From an uncultured Acidobacteriota bacterium (GTDB lineage Bacteria; Acidobacteriota; JAQAZP01): a stretch of DNA of 64,000 bases. The notes under the pieces are model-generated. The model was given only the letters and a program-made list of their open reading frames with translations, ran no database searches and had not been told where the DNA came from. Each line of letters opens with the position of its first letter. The first letter of the stretch is position 1. Shown here one piece after another: positions 40,413 to 51,467 of this stretch. The stretch lies in assembly GCA_963836075.1 (NCBI GenBank), contig CAWIIB010000009.1, positions 1,760,001-1,824,000 of the forward strand, given 5' to 3'. A program made the position numbers and the translations under genes.

Positions 40413-43265
40413 TTTTTCCCCTTAAGCGCCTTCAAGATCTTCTCCGGCGTGATCGGCAGGTCCTTGATCCAGACGCCGGTGGCGTTGGCGATGGCGTGGG
40501 CCACCGAGCCGAGCACCGGGAGGGTCGATCCCTCGCCGATCTCCTTGGCGCCGAAGGGTCCCTGGGGTTCGTAGGAGTCGACGATGCCGCTGAAGATCTC
40601 CGGGGCGTCCTTGATGGTCATGATCAGGTAGCCGTGGAGGTCGGGGTTGAGGATGCGGCCCCGTTCGTCGAACTGCACGTCCTCCATCAGCGTTTCGCTG
40701 GCCCCCATGACGATGGCCCCCTCCACCTGGCCGTGCACCGCCTGGGGATTGATCGGCGTGCCGCAGTCGTGGGAGTCGGTGAAGCGCTCGATGTCCACCT
40801 TGCCGGTGCCCATGTCCACCTGCAGCTCGCAGACCGATGAGCCGAAGGAGTAGGCCGGGCTGGTGCCCACCGTGGCGCCCTTGTAGTCGCCGCCCAGGCC
40901 GTCCGGCGGCTTGTAGCAGCCGGTGCCCACCAGCGGGCCCTTGTCGTTGAAGTACTTGCGGGCCGCTTCGGCCCAGGGTTCGCTCTTTTCCTCGTTGCCG
41001 CGGACAAAGACCTTGCCGCCGCCCACCTCCACCTCGTCCTCGCTGCACTCCAGCAGTTTGGCGGCGTAGGGCCGCATCTTGTTCACCACGTCCTCGCCGG
41101 CCCGGGAGACGGCGTGGCCGCCCATCAGGGTGATCCGCGAGGAGTAGGCGCCGAGGTCGATGGGCGAGATGTCGCTGTCCTCGCTGCGCATCCTGAGCTT
41201 GGACACCGGGATGCCCAGCGACTGGGCGCACATCTGGGAGAGCACCGTGTCCGAGCCCTGGCCGATCTCGGCGGCGCCGATCATCAGCACCGCCGCTTCG
41301 CCGTCCTCGGTGACCTTCACCACCGCGTTGGAGTGGGGGAAGATCGACTTCTTCTGGAAGTGCTCGCGCCCCTTCTCGTGGGACAGCTGCACCTGGCCGC
41401 GGTAGATGCTGTAGCCGGCGCCGGAGACAAAGCCGCCGCAGCCGATGCCGATGCCCCGGCCCTCGGGCAGCAGGCCGTACTTCTCCTTCCAGCCGCTGTC
41501 CTTTTCCACCGCGTCGAGGGTGGCCCGGAACTCGCAGCTGTCGATGTCCAGGTCGTTCACCGTCGTCGTCTTCGGCGTCATGGCATTTCTTTTGCGGATG
41601 GTGATCGGGTCGATGCCCATGTCGTCGGCCATCATCGAGAGCAGGCACTCGAAGGCGAAGCGGGGCTGGGGCACGCCGTGGCCGCGCATGGCGCCGCAGG
41701 CCGGCTTGTTGGTCATCACCCGGTAGCCGTCATACTTGTAGTTGGGGATGTGGTAGAGCGTGGGCATCATCGAGCCGGCGTAGTACGCCGTGGCCACGCC
41801 GAACGAGGTGTAGGCCCCGCCATCGAGGTGGATCTCGCTCTGGAAGGCCTTGATCACCCCGTCCTTGTCCAGGCCCAGCTTCATCTTCATGTGCTGCTTG
41901 TGCCGGCCGCGGCCGTAGTGGAACATCTCCGACCGCGAGTAGACCATCTTCACCGGCCGGCCGGTCTCGCGGCTGAGCAGCGCCGAGAGAATGTCCAGCG
42001 GCGTGGTGGCCGCCTTGCCGCCGAACCCGCCGCCCACCGTGGGGCGGATCACCCGGATGCGGCCCAGGGGGATGTGCAGCACGTGGGCCATCATGTACTG
42101 CACGTAGTGCGGGACCTGGGTGGACGAGTAGAGCAGCAGGGAGCCGTCGTGCTCCCAGGTGGAGATGGAGGCGTGGGGCTCCAGCGGCGACTGGTAGATG
42201 CTGTTGCCGGTGAAGGTTTCCTCGCGCACCTGGAATGACTCGGCGAAACCTTGCTCGATGTCACCGAAGTTCTGCTTGACGTGGGTGCCCACGTTCCTGG
42301 TGTAACGGTCGTGGAGCTGGGGTGCGCCTTCGGCCATGGCCGACTGGGGGTCGAGCACCGCCGGCAGTTCCTCGGTACTCCACCTCGATCAGTTCCAGCG
42401 CCTGTTCGGCGGTCTTTTCGTCGATGGCGGCCACCGCGGCCACCTCGTCCCCCACGTGACGCACCTTGCCGCCGATCTTGGCCAGCACGTGCTCGTCGTA
42501 GCGGGCCGGTGAGACGCCGTACTTGGTGTCGGTGACCTCGTCACCGGTGAGCACGCAGAGCACCCCGGGCAGGGCCCGGGCCTTTGACGCGTCCACCTTC
42601 TTCACGATGGCGTGGGCGTAAGGCGAACCGAGGATCTTGCCGTGGATCATGTTCGGCAGCTGGATGTCGGCGGTGTAGACCGCCCGGCCGGTGACTTTGT
42701 CCGCCGAGTCCACCCGGGGGATGGGGACACCCACCCCGCCGTCCTTGGGGTCGGAGATCGGCGGCTTGGTGCCGTGGTCCACCCTGGGCGGAGCGTCGCC
42801 GTCGCCGGCGTATTCCTTGTAGCGCCTCACCGCCCGCATGATGCCGCCGTAGCCGGTGCAGCGGCAGAGGTTGCCGGAGAGCGCGGTCTTGATCTCATCG
42901 TCGGTGGGGTCTGGGTTCTTGCTGATCAGGGCCGTGGCCGAGATCACCGTGCCCGGTGTGCAGAAACCGCACTGGATTCCGCCTTCCTCAACGAAAGCCC
43001 GCTGCATGGCACTCAGCTTGCCGTTATCGGCCAGACCCTCGATGGTGGTGATCTCTTTCCCCTCCATCTCGGCGGCCAGCAGCAGGCAGCTGTTCAGCGG
43101 CTCGCCGTCCACCAGCACGGTGCAGGCGCCGCAGTCGCCCACATTGCAGCCTTTCTTGGTTCCTGTGAGACCGAGTTTCACACGCAGGGCGTCCAGCAGG
43201 GTGTCGCTGGTCTCCACCACTGTCTTGTAAGGCTGGCCATTGACCTTCAGCGTCAGGGTGATCAT
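40409..43265 (-). CDS. Xanthine dehydrogenase family: 2x[2Fe-2S] domain fused to molybdopterin subunit (HcrA-like); apparent +1 frameshift near 42374
   Basis: GCNVGDCGAC, QCGFC, NLCRC, VGGGFGGK, GAMRGHG, GAKEIGEG; EVEYEELPAVLDP is restored by removing one C. Confidence 0.85.
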
Positions 43266-44162
43266 CGGCTCACCTCCCCGGCCCCGGGGCCGCCTGTTGC
43301 CCGACTCAATGCGCCCCCCAGCGCCCTGGTGGCCAGCACTCCAACCACGTCCCGGCGGTAGTCTTTCGAGCCGCGCACGTCGGAGATCGGCTCTGCCGCC
43401 TTCTCCGCCGCAGCGGCCGCCTCGGCGAACGCCGCGGCGTCGGCCTTGCGGCCCGCCAGCAGCGCTCCCGCCTCCTCGGCGTAAAGCGGTATCGGCGCCA
43501 CCGCACCCAGCACCAGTCCGCGCCTCCTCGATCACGCCAGTGCCATCCAGCTTCAGGCCGGCGGCCACCGCGGCCACGGCGATGCCGTTGCCGTTACGCA
43601 GCGCCAGCCGGGCATAGGCCGCGCCGAAACCGGCGGGAGGCTCGGGCACCACCACCGAGGTGAGCACTTCGCCCTCCTTCATCACGGTCTGCCGCGGGCC
43701 GAGGAAGAACGACTCCAGCGGGACATTCCGTTCGCCGCCCGCGGACCAGAGAACGACCTCGGCCTTCATGGTGATCAGCAGCGGGGGCAGGTCGGCGCAG
43801 GGCACGGCGCTGGCGATGTTGCCGCCCACCGTGGCCGCGTTGCGGATCTGGTGCGCCGCCATCCGTGTGGTGGCGTCGCGGAGCGCGGAGAACGCGCCGT
43901 CGAGCAGCGGGGAGGCGTTCAACTGGTTGACCGTGGTCAGCGCGCCGATGCGCAGCGTCCCGCCGTCCATCTCCATGCCGCGCAGCCCGTCGATGCTGTG
44001 CAGCGAAACCACGTGGTCGGCCACCACCCGGCCGGTCTTCAGGTCCACCAGCAGGTCGGTGCCGCCGGCCAGCAGCCGGGCGTCCAGGCCGTATTGCTTC
44101 AGCAGGGCGCCGGCCTGGTCCAGGGTGGACGGTCTGTGAAGTTCAAAATCAGGTATGTACAC
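43262..44162 (-). CDS. Xanthine dehydrogenase family FAD-binding subunit; apparent +1 frameshift near 43517
   Basis: LAGGTDL, QIRNAATVGGN; the C-terminus LGAVAPIP...PISDVRGSKDYR is in the adjacent frame. Confidence 0.85.
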
Positions 44163-44840
44163 CGCTCAGTCTCCCGGTTGTCAATTAAGCTTGCGGTCTG
44201 CTTATGGAATTCATTTGCAGAGCCTGGTGACCAAATTTCCGAAACCCGGGGTGGCTACTTGTTCCCCGAGTGTCAGTGAAGATTGCAACCTTGATCTACG
44301 AAAAGTAGACGTTTACATCCTGATTCTATCTTAAAGCTTCTTCCCGCTGTTTCCAACTGCCGGCCCGAACGTAGCCCACCCGGCGATCAGCCCGGTGAAG
44401 GATTGAGGAATATGCTGCCGTCTTTCCGTCAAGATGTTGACGGGCCTTGAGCGGTTCCGCACCTGGAGCCACCCCGGACAAGGAATCGGCCATAGTTGAT
44501 ATTTTTTTGGGGATTTTATTGGCCGGCTGCATCATGGCAAGATCCGGCTCGCCATAATTCGATGAACCACGAATCCGGGGCAAATAAGGGTGAAGTCGGT
44601 CTATAAGGCTTGAATCTGCTGTGATTTGTGCCATAATTCCGTGTATCGCGAAATCGGACCAGTCCGTGGGCCGCAGCACAAATCCTTGAATATTTGTTAC
44701 TTGCGAGTTCGAACGTCCGTTCGCATTTTCTTCCCAATTCGCAGGTTGCGGTAAGCAACAACCGAATCGATACCCGAGTCCCGCCTCCGGCGCGGCAGGT
44801 GGCCCGGCGTGACTCACATCCCAAGTGGGCAGGACACATC

Positions 44841-45584
44841 ATGACACTGGAAGGAAAAAAGGCGATCGTCACCGGCGGCAGCCTGGGCATCGGCACTGCC
44901 ATCGCCAAGGAACTGGCCCGGCAGGGCGCCGACGTGGCGATCAACTACCGGAAACACGACACCGAGGCCAACCAGGTGGTGGCCGAGATCGAGGCCATGG
45001 GCCGCAAGGGCCTGGCGGTGAAGGCCGACGTGTCCAGCTTCGACGACGCCCAGCGCATGGTGGATACGGTGGCCGAGACCTTCGGCGGCCTCGACATCCT
45101 GGTCAACAACGCCGGCATCAACCGTGACGGCGTGATCTGGAAGATGACCGAGGAGCAGTGGGACCAGGTGCTGGACATCAACCTCAAGGGCTACTTCAAC
45201 TACACCCGCGCCGCGGTGCCGATCTTCCGCGAGCAGAAGTCGGGCAAGATCATCAACGTCACCTCGATCAACGGCCTGCGGGGCAAGTTCGGCCAGACCA
45301 ACTACTCGGCCTCCAAGGCCGGGATCATCGGCTTCACCAAGGCCCTGGCCCGCGAGCTGGGCCGGGCCAGCGTCAACGTCAACGCCGTGGCCCCGGGCCT
45401 GATCGAGACCGACATGATGCGCGAGGCGCCGCAGAAGGTGCTCGACGCCGCGCTGGCCGAGATCGTTCTGGGACGGCTGGGCCAGCCGGAAGAAGTGGCC
45501 ACCGTGGTGGCCTTCCTCTGCAGCGAGGCGGCGCGGCACGTCACCGGCCAGGTGCTCCAGGTGGACGGCGGACAATACATCTAA
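44841..45584 (+). CDS. FabG-like short-chain dehydrogenase (3-oxoacyl-ACP/CoA reductase)
   Basis: TGGSLGIG, NNAGI, YSASKAG. Confidence 0.92.
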   Translation: MTLEGKKAIVTGGSLGIGTAIAKELARQGADVAINYRKHDTEANQVVAEIEAMGRKGLAVKADVSSFDDAQRMVDTVAETFGGLDILVNNAGINRDGVIWKMTEEQWDQVLDINLKGYFNYTRAAVPIFREQKSGKIINVTSINGLRGKFGQTNYSASKAGIIGFTKALARELGRASVNVNAVAPGLIETDMMREAPQKVLDAALAEIVLGRLGQPEEVATVVAFLCSEAARHVTGQVLQVDGGQYI

Positions 45585-45598
45585 GGGAGAAGCGAACC

Positions 45599-46791
45599 GT
45601 GGAACTTATCCGACATCGTGGCAATCAGCGCCGTGCGCACCCCCATGGGCCGCTTCGGCGGGACCATCCGTGACATCGCCTCCTACGACATCGGGGCGGT
45701 GGCCATCCGGGCGGCCTACGAGCGGGCCGGCATCAGCGGCGGCGACGTGGACGACGTGATCTTCGGCTCCTGCCGCCAGGCGGGCAACGGCCCCAACCCG
45801 GCGCGAACCGCTTCCGTCCGCGGCGGTGTGCCCACCGAAGTGCCGGTGATCACCCTCAACATGGCCTGCCCCTCGGGCATGCGCGCCATTGCCATGGCTG
45901 CCCAGGCGATCCGCCTCGGCGAGAGCAAGGCGGTGCTGGTTGGCGGCATGGACAGCATGAGCACCATTCCCTACCTGATGAAGAACTGCCGCTGGGACGG
46001 CTTCAAGATGGGCGATCGCAAGCTGGAGGACGGCTGGTGCGACAGCGTCGACCCGCTCTGCGGTGTGGGCATGGGCGCCACCGCCGAGAACCTCGTCGAG
46101 AAGTACGGCATCTCCCGCGAAGCCCAGGACCAGTTCGCCGTGGAGAGCCACCACAAGGCGGCCAGGGCCCAGGCCAATGGCTGGTTCGACGATGAGATCG
46201 TCCCGGTGATCGTGCCGGCCAAACGCAAGCAGCCCGAAGTGACCTTTGACAAGGACGAGACCATCCGCGGCGACACCACCCTGGAGAAGATGGCCCGGCT
46301 GAAACCGGTGTTCAAGAAGGACGGCACGGTCACCGCGGCCAACGCCTGCGGCATGTCCGACGGCGCCTGCGGCCTGGTGATCACCTCCCGCGAGCATGCC
46401 GAAAGCCCTGGGGGCAACGCCGCTCTTTTCGCTGGTGACCTATTCCAAGGTGGCCTGTGACCCCCAGACCATGGGCGAGGGGCCTGGCGTGGCCATCCCC
46501 GCGGCCCTCGACGCGGCCGGCATGACCCTGGACCAGATGGATCTGATCGAGGTCAACGAGGCCTTTGCCATCCAGGTGCTGGCCAACGAGGCGGTGCTCG
46601 GCTGGGACCGCAGCAAACTCAACGTCCACGGCGGCGCCATCGCCCTGGGCCATCCCACCGGCATCAGCGGGGCGCGCATCGTGGTCACCCTCTACCACGC
46701 GCTGAAGGGCAACGACAAGGAGCTGGGCATCGCCAGTATCTGCGGCGGCGGCGGTGTGAGCATGGCCCTGATCATCAAGCGGGAGTCCTGA
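45599..46791 (+). CDS. Thiolase (acetyl-CoA acyltransferase); two apparent +1 frameshifts near 45606 and 46402
   Basis: RTPMGRFGG, NMACPSG, EVNEAFA, HGGAIALGHP, SICGGGG. Confidence 0.88.
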
Positions 46792-46794
46792 GTC

Positions 46795-47568
46795 ATGAGC
46801 GATTACGAATTCCTGCAGTTCGAGCGGGCCGGCGGGGTGGCCACCATCACCCTCGACCGCGAGCCGCTCAACGTGCTGCACAACCCGATGATGGCCGAAC
46901 TGAACGCTCTGCTCGACCAGGTGCTGGGCGGCGACGACCTGCCGGCAGCGCTGGTTTTCCGTGCCAATCACAAGGCGTTCTGCGCCGGCGTCGACGTGGC
47001 CGACCACACCGACGACAAGGTCGGTGAGATGATCGACTGCTTCCACGGCATCTTCCGCCGCCTGGCCGCCACCGACGTGCTGACCATCGCCGCGGTGGGC
47101 CGGGCCGCCCTGGGCGGCGGCTGCGAGCTGGCCTGCTTCTGCGACATCGTCCTCGCCTCGGAGAAGGCCAAGTTCGGCCAGCCCGAGGTGCAGGTGGGGG
47201 TGCTGCCCCCGGTGGCCGCCTGCATCCTGCCCCAGCAGGTGGGGCTGAAGAAAGCGGTGGAGCTGAACGCCCTGGGTGCCGTCATCGGTGCGGTCGAGGC
47301 AAAGGAGATCGGTCTGGTGAACCAGGTCTTCCCCGTGGAAGAGTTCGAGACGAAGGTGGACGAGTATCTGGCCCACATCGACACGCTTTCCCGCCCGGTG
47401 GTGCGCATGGCCAAGAAGACCACCGTGTTGGCCGAGCGCGAGCGGATGCTCGAGCACCTCGAACGGGTGGAGAAGATCTATCTCGACGAGCTGATGAAGC
47501 TGGCCGACGCCCACGAAGGGATCGCCGCCTTCCTCGAGAAGCGGGCGCCGGAGTGGAAGCACGAGTAA
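46795..47568 (+). CDS. Crotonase resembling cyclohexa-1,5-dienecarbonyl-CoA hydratase
   Basis: PLNVL, FCAGVDVADH, GGGCEL, FGQPEV, YLDELM..DAHEGIAAFLEKR. Confidence 0.75.
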   Translation: MSDYEFLQFERAGGVATITLDREPLNVLHNPMMAELNALLDQVLGGDDLPAALVFRANHKAFCAGVDVADHTDDKVGEMIDCFHGIFRRLAATDVLTIAAVGRAALGGGCELACFCDIVLASEKAKFGQPEVQVGVLPPVAACILPQQVGLKKAVELNALGAVIGAVEAKEIGLVNQVFPVEEFETKVDEYLAHIDTLSRPVVRMAKKTTVLAERERMLEHLERVEKIYLDELMKLADAHEGIAAFLEKRAPEWKHE

Positions 47569-47571
47569 TCG

Positions 47572-47671
47572 TGTCATCGCGAGGAGCAGGCGTAGCCTGC
47601 GACGTGGCGATCTAGAAGGTCGTTCGGAAAACAGGAGATTGCTTCGTCGCCTTTGGCTCCTCGCAATGACA
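47572..47671. repeat. 100-bp palindromic intergenic element (REP/MITE-like)
   Basis: Terminal inverted repeats TGTCATCGCGAGGAGC / GCTCCTCGCAATGACA; inner GCGACGTGGCGATCT / AGATTGCTTCGTCGC. Confidence 0.8.
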
Positions 47672-47707
47672 ATCGTTATCACCAATTGTTCCTGAGGGAT
47701 GTAACGC

Positions 47708-50700
47708 ATGCTGAAAGCAGGAGAAGTCGGCGTCCATCCCCCCGGTGCGCTGGGGGTCGCGTTCTTCGTCCACACCAATGCCGAGTGCTTCATCGGCCGG
47801 GGCGGGGACGGTATCACCCAGCCTCTGAAAGATGCCGGCTGCTTTCAGCTGGACGACCACGGCCAGATCCGCACCATCGCCCTGCGCAACAAGATCTTTT
47901 CCAACCTGCTGGAGGCCGAAGCCCTCGACCGGCTCCCCGAACTGCTCTTTGTCTGCTGCAACCCGGACCAGCTGATTCTCTTCACCGCCGAGCTGACCCG
48001 TTTCCTCGAGATTCTCGCCGAACGGGGCCGTTTGAAGAGCGTAGAGGACGTCCGGCGTGAAGTGCCGATCCTGCTCATCCTGCCCAACGGTATCCTCAGC
48101 GAAAAGACGATGACCGACTACGCCGAGCAGCTGCACGAGTCGATCCTGATGCAGCGGCTCCCGGGGGTCACCGAGGAGATGCGCCTGGCCCTGCTGGACC
48201 GGGTGGTGCGCGGGGTCTCGCTGCAGGCCGGCGGCCGGCGGGGCAGCGGTGCCGAAACGATCTACATCCACGAGCGCAAGGGCATGGTGGTCTTTGCCGG
48301 CGGCGGCGAGGAAGAGCGGGAACGGGTGGTCGAACTGTTCTCCACCCACGATTATCCCTTCAAGCATGCCGAGGGGGTGCCGGGCACGCGGGTGGAGTTC
48401 GACAAGGCGATGATCTCCATCGTGCTCAACGTCGGCGGGTTGATCCACACCGTCAACCCCGACGGCTCGCTGATCGACCTGCGGATGGGCGACCTCTGCA
48501 AAGACCCGGACAAGCAGGACTTCGTGCAGAAGATCACCCACGCCGTGTTTGCCACCGGCCAGGCCGCCGGGGCCTATCCGCCCGAGGCGACCTACGACGA
48601 TATCTGGGCCACCCACCGGGCCACCATCCTGGCCCACCAGGGCCATGTCACCAGCTCGCTGAAAACCTTTCGCGATGCCCTGAAATTCGGGCTCTCGGGG
48701 GTCAGCCTCTTCTCCAACGAGGAGTGGATCCTCACCCCGCTGATCGCCTATGCCGCCAGGGCCGGGCTGCAGGAGGAAGAGCGGCTTTTCAAGGATCTCA
48801 AACGCCGGGTTCAGGAGTCGATGGCCAAGGCGATCCGCCACCGCGAGCAGTCCTCTGCAGGCGGGGCGGGCAATCAGAGGACCAGCAAGATGAAACTCAT
48901 CGGGCAGCGCAATTTCAACATCGAGCTATACGAAGACGAATCGGACTACCTGCTGATGGTGGGCACCATGCTCGACGCCCACCACCTGATCAAGCTCGAG
49001 CTGACCCTCTTCCTGCCTGACGAGCAGATCACCCGCAGCAAGCTGCAGATGAGCCGGGTGCCCTTCCCGGTCTGCTGCGAGATCGAGCCGCTGGCCGACC
49101 GGCTGGTGGGGCTGCGCATCCAGCGCGGGGTGGTCAACGAGATCGGCCGCCGGGTGGGCGGACACGCCGGTTGCTCGCACATCAAGGAACTGGCGATGAA
49201 CCTGGTCTACTTCGCCGCGTCCAACCTGGTGGGCCGCCAGGTGAACATCGACGGCAAGTCTCCGGATGAGCGGTTCGAGCTGACCAAGGAACTGCTCAAC
49301 GATTCCTGTCTCGCTTACGGCCAGACCACCGCCTGGGGGCTGGACGAGCGGATCGGGATCAAGAAGGTCGGGGAGGAGCACGGCAACCCCATCCCCCTCG
49401 GCGACTACGAACCCTCCTTCGGAGTGCTGCTCCGCGACCGCACCGAACGGTGGGGGGACAAGGTCTACCTGCGCTACTGCAGCGACGAACAGCCGCAGTC
49501 GTTGAGCTGGAACGAGTTCACCGGCCGGGTGCACAAGATCGCCAGACACTACATCGACCTCGGCATTCGCAAGGGCGACCGGATCGGCATGATCTCGGAG
49601 AACCGGCCGGAGATGTACATGGCCGAGCTGGCGGCGATGATCATCGGCGCGGTCACCGTGCCGATCTTCTCCGACCATACCCCGCAACAGGTGACCTACG
49701 TGCTCAACCGGGCCAAGCCGCGGTTCGCCATCGTTTCCGGAAAGCACCAGCTGGACAAGATCGAGATCGGCAAGCATCCCTGGGTGGACAAGTTCTTCGC
49801 CATGGACTTCGATTCCGACTGCCGCAAGTGGGGGGCGCTCGATTTTGCCGAGCTGCTGGGGGAGGGCGGCGCCTCGGAGGAAGAGTTGACCTCCCGGGTG
49901 GACGGTGTCCGTCCCGACGACCTCTGCGTGATCATGTTCACCTCGGGCACCACCGGTGCGCCCAAGGGCGTTCGGCTGGGACACAGGCACCTGATCTCCC
50001 AGCAGAAGGCGATGTCGCTGATCTGGGACGTCAATGAGAATGATGTCTTCCTCAACTACCTGCCCTGGCACCACAGCTTCGGCGGGCTGTTCGAGCGGTT
50101 CATGAGCCTCTACACTGGCGCCGAGCTCTGCCTCGACGAAGGCCGGGGCAAGGACATCGACCGTCTGATCAGGAACTGGGACGCCTTTGAACCCACGGTT
50201 TTCTTCAGTATCCCGCGGGTCCACGACATGCTGGTGGCCAGGAGCTCCGAGAGCGGTGACGCCGAAGAGATCATCTGGGGTGGGCGCCTGCGCCTCGCCT
50301 TCACCGCAGGGGCGCCGCTCCCCGGCCATGTGGAGGCGGCCTACCGCGAACACGGCATCCCGATCCTCGAGGGCTGGGGGCTGATCGAGGCCGCGCCCTG
50401 CGTCACCGTCTGCACCACCGACCGCGCCTGGCGCCGGGGCTGTGTGGGTTTCCCGCTTCCCGGGGTCAAGATCCGGATCAACCACAACCAGGAGATCCTG
50501 GCCAAGGGGCCCAACGTGATGGACGGCTACCTCCACGACGAGGAGGCCACGGCCCACATGCTCACCGAGGACGGCTGGCTGCGCACCGGCGACCTGGGCG
50601 AGATCACCCCTGACGGGCTCCGCCTGCTTGGCCGCAAGGACGGCACCTTCAAGCTGACCACCGGCGAGAAAGTCCATCCGCCGCGGATCGAGACCGTGCT

Positions 50701-51088
50701 GGTCAACGAGTCGCCGTACATCAGCGAGGCGGTGGTGGTGGGGGCGGGCAAGGACTTTGTCAGCGCGTTGATCTACCCCGATTTCGCCACTCTCGAGCTC
50801 TGGCTGAAAAAGCGACACGTGCCGGTGGAGCAGGCGCTCACCGATCCGGCGGTACACGAGTTGTATGCTTCCGAGATCGCCCGGATCAACCCGATGATCG
50901 ATTACAAGTTCCAGCAGGTGCGGCGGGCCACCGTGGCCCAGCGGATGCCCTCTCTGGACAACGGCGAGCTGACGCCTTCCGGGAAGCTGGTGCGCAAGAC
51001 GATCATGAACAATTTCAAGGCCCAGATCGACGCCCTGTTCGAGGCCGATGTGCCGCCTGAGGTGATCGAGATCCCAAAGACGGGCTGA
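47708..51088 (+). CDS. Fusion: ketopantoate reductase-like region + DUF2889-like domain + long-chain acyl-CoA synthetase
   Basis: AMP-binding motifs FTSGTTGAPKG, EGWGLIE, RTGDLG; central RVGGHAGCSHIKEL; N-terminal PPGALG, LILPNG, HVTSSL. Confidence 0.75.
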   Translation: MLKAGEVGVHPPGALGVAFFVHTNAECFIGRGGDGITQPLKDAGCFQLDDHGQIRTIALRNKIFSNLLEAEALDRLPELLFVCCNPDQLILFTAELTRFLEILAERGRLKSVEDVRREVPILLILPNGILSEKTMTDYAEQLHESILMQRLPGVTEEMRLALLDRVVRGVSLQAGGRRGSGAETIYIHERKGMVVFAGGGEEERERVVELFSTHDYPFKHAEGVPGTRVEFDKAMISIVLNVGGLIHTVNPDGSLIDLRMGDLCKDPDKQDFVQKITHAVFATGQAAGAYPPEATYDDIWATHRATILAHQGHVTSSLKTFRDALKFGLSGVSLFSNEEWILTPLIAYAARAGLQEEERLFKDLKRRVQESMAKAIRHREQSSAGGAGNQRTSKMKLIGQRNFNIELYEDESDYLLMVGTMLDAHHLIKLELTLFLPDEQITRSKLQMSRVPFPVCCEIEPLADRLVGLRIQRGVVNEIGRRVGGHAGCSHIKELAMNLVYFAASNLVGRQVNIDGKSPDERFELTKELLNDSCLAYGQTTAWGLDERIGIKKVGEEHGNPIPLGDYEPSFGVLLRDRTERWGDKVYLRYCSDEQPQSLSWNEFTGRVHKIARHYIDLGIRKGDRIGMISENRPEMYMAELAAMIIGAVTVPIFSDHTPQQVTYVLNRAKPRFAIVSGKHQLDKIEIGKHPWVDKFFAMDFDSDCRKWGALDFAELLGEGGASEEELTSRVDGVRPDDLCVIMFTSGTTGAPKGVRLGHRHLISQQKAMSLIWDVNENDVFLNYLPWHHSFGGLFERFMSLYTGAELCLDEGRGKDIDRLIRNWDAFEPTVFFSIPRVHDMLVARSSESGDAEEIIWGGRLRLAFTAGAPLPGHVEAAYREHGIPILEGWGLIEAAPCVTVCTTDRAWRRGCVGFPLPGVKIRINHNQEILAKGPNVMDGYLHDEEATAHMLTEDGWLRTGDLGEITPDGLRLLGRKDGTFKLTTGEKVHPPRIETVLVNESPYISEAVVVGAGKDFVSALIYPDFATLELWLKKRHVPVEQALTDPAVHELYASEIARINPMIDYKFQQVRRATVAQRMPSLDNGELTPSGKLVRKTIMNNFKAQIDALFEADVPPEVIEIPKTG

Positions 51089-51467
51089 CCAACTTGGTCT
51101 CACCGGCCTGACCCTGGAAGCAAGGCCGTTTCACTCCCTTAGAGTAGCGTTGATACTGGCCGGACTGATGATCCATACTGGCTGAAGTGTCCTTCGCAGG
51201 TCTCAGTGCTGACAACCCGGTTTTCCGCCCGGTGCCCAGCAGACTGCCGACTGCACCCTCTGATCTCCGGCCCCGATCGCGCTCTTCCTGGTCCGCATGG
51301 ACCAGGCCGCGACGAGCATTTACCGGCCCCGGCGGCCGGAGCGGACCGACCGGCACCTCGAGCTGTCCCAGCCGGGGTTCCGCGCCATGGTCACGGTGCC
51401 GGGGCACGAGGCCGAAGATGTTATAGTCAGACAGGAGACCTTACAGAACGAAACAGAGAGGGAGAAA

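Noticed and set aside
42261-44162. 633-aa FAD-FeS-Mo triple fusion in the ORF track
   Set aside because: Created by the +1 frameshift near 43517; the FAD subunit C-terminus is in another frame and ends in an ATGA overlap at 43262-43265.
44615-44640. Possible sigma54 promoter (TGGCAC on the minus strand)
   Set aside because: GG-to-GC spacing is 11 nt rather than the required 10.
51160-51215. CTGATGA motif suggesting a hammerhead ribozyme or fluoride riboswitch, and a nearby GCAGGTCT resembling a SECIS loop
   Set aside because: No GAAA core or matching stems, no riboswitch 5' motif, and the TGA frame closes after a few codons.
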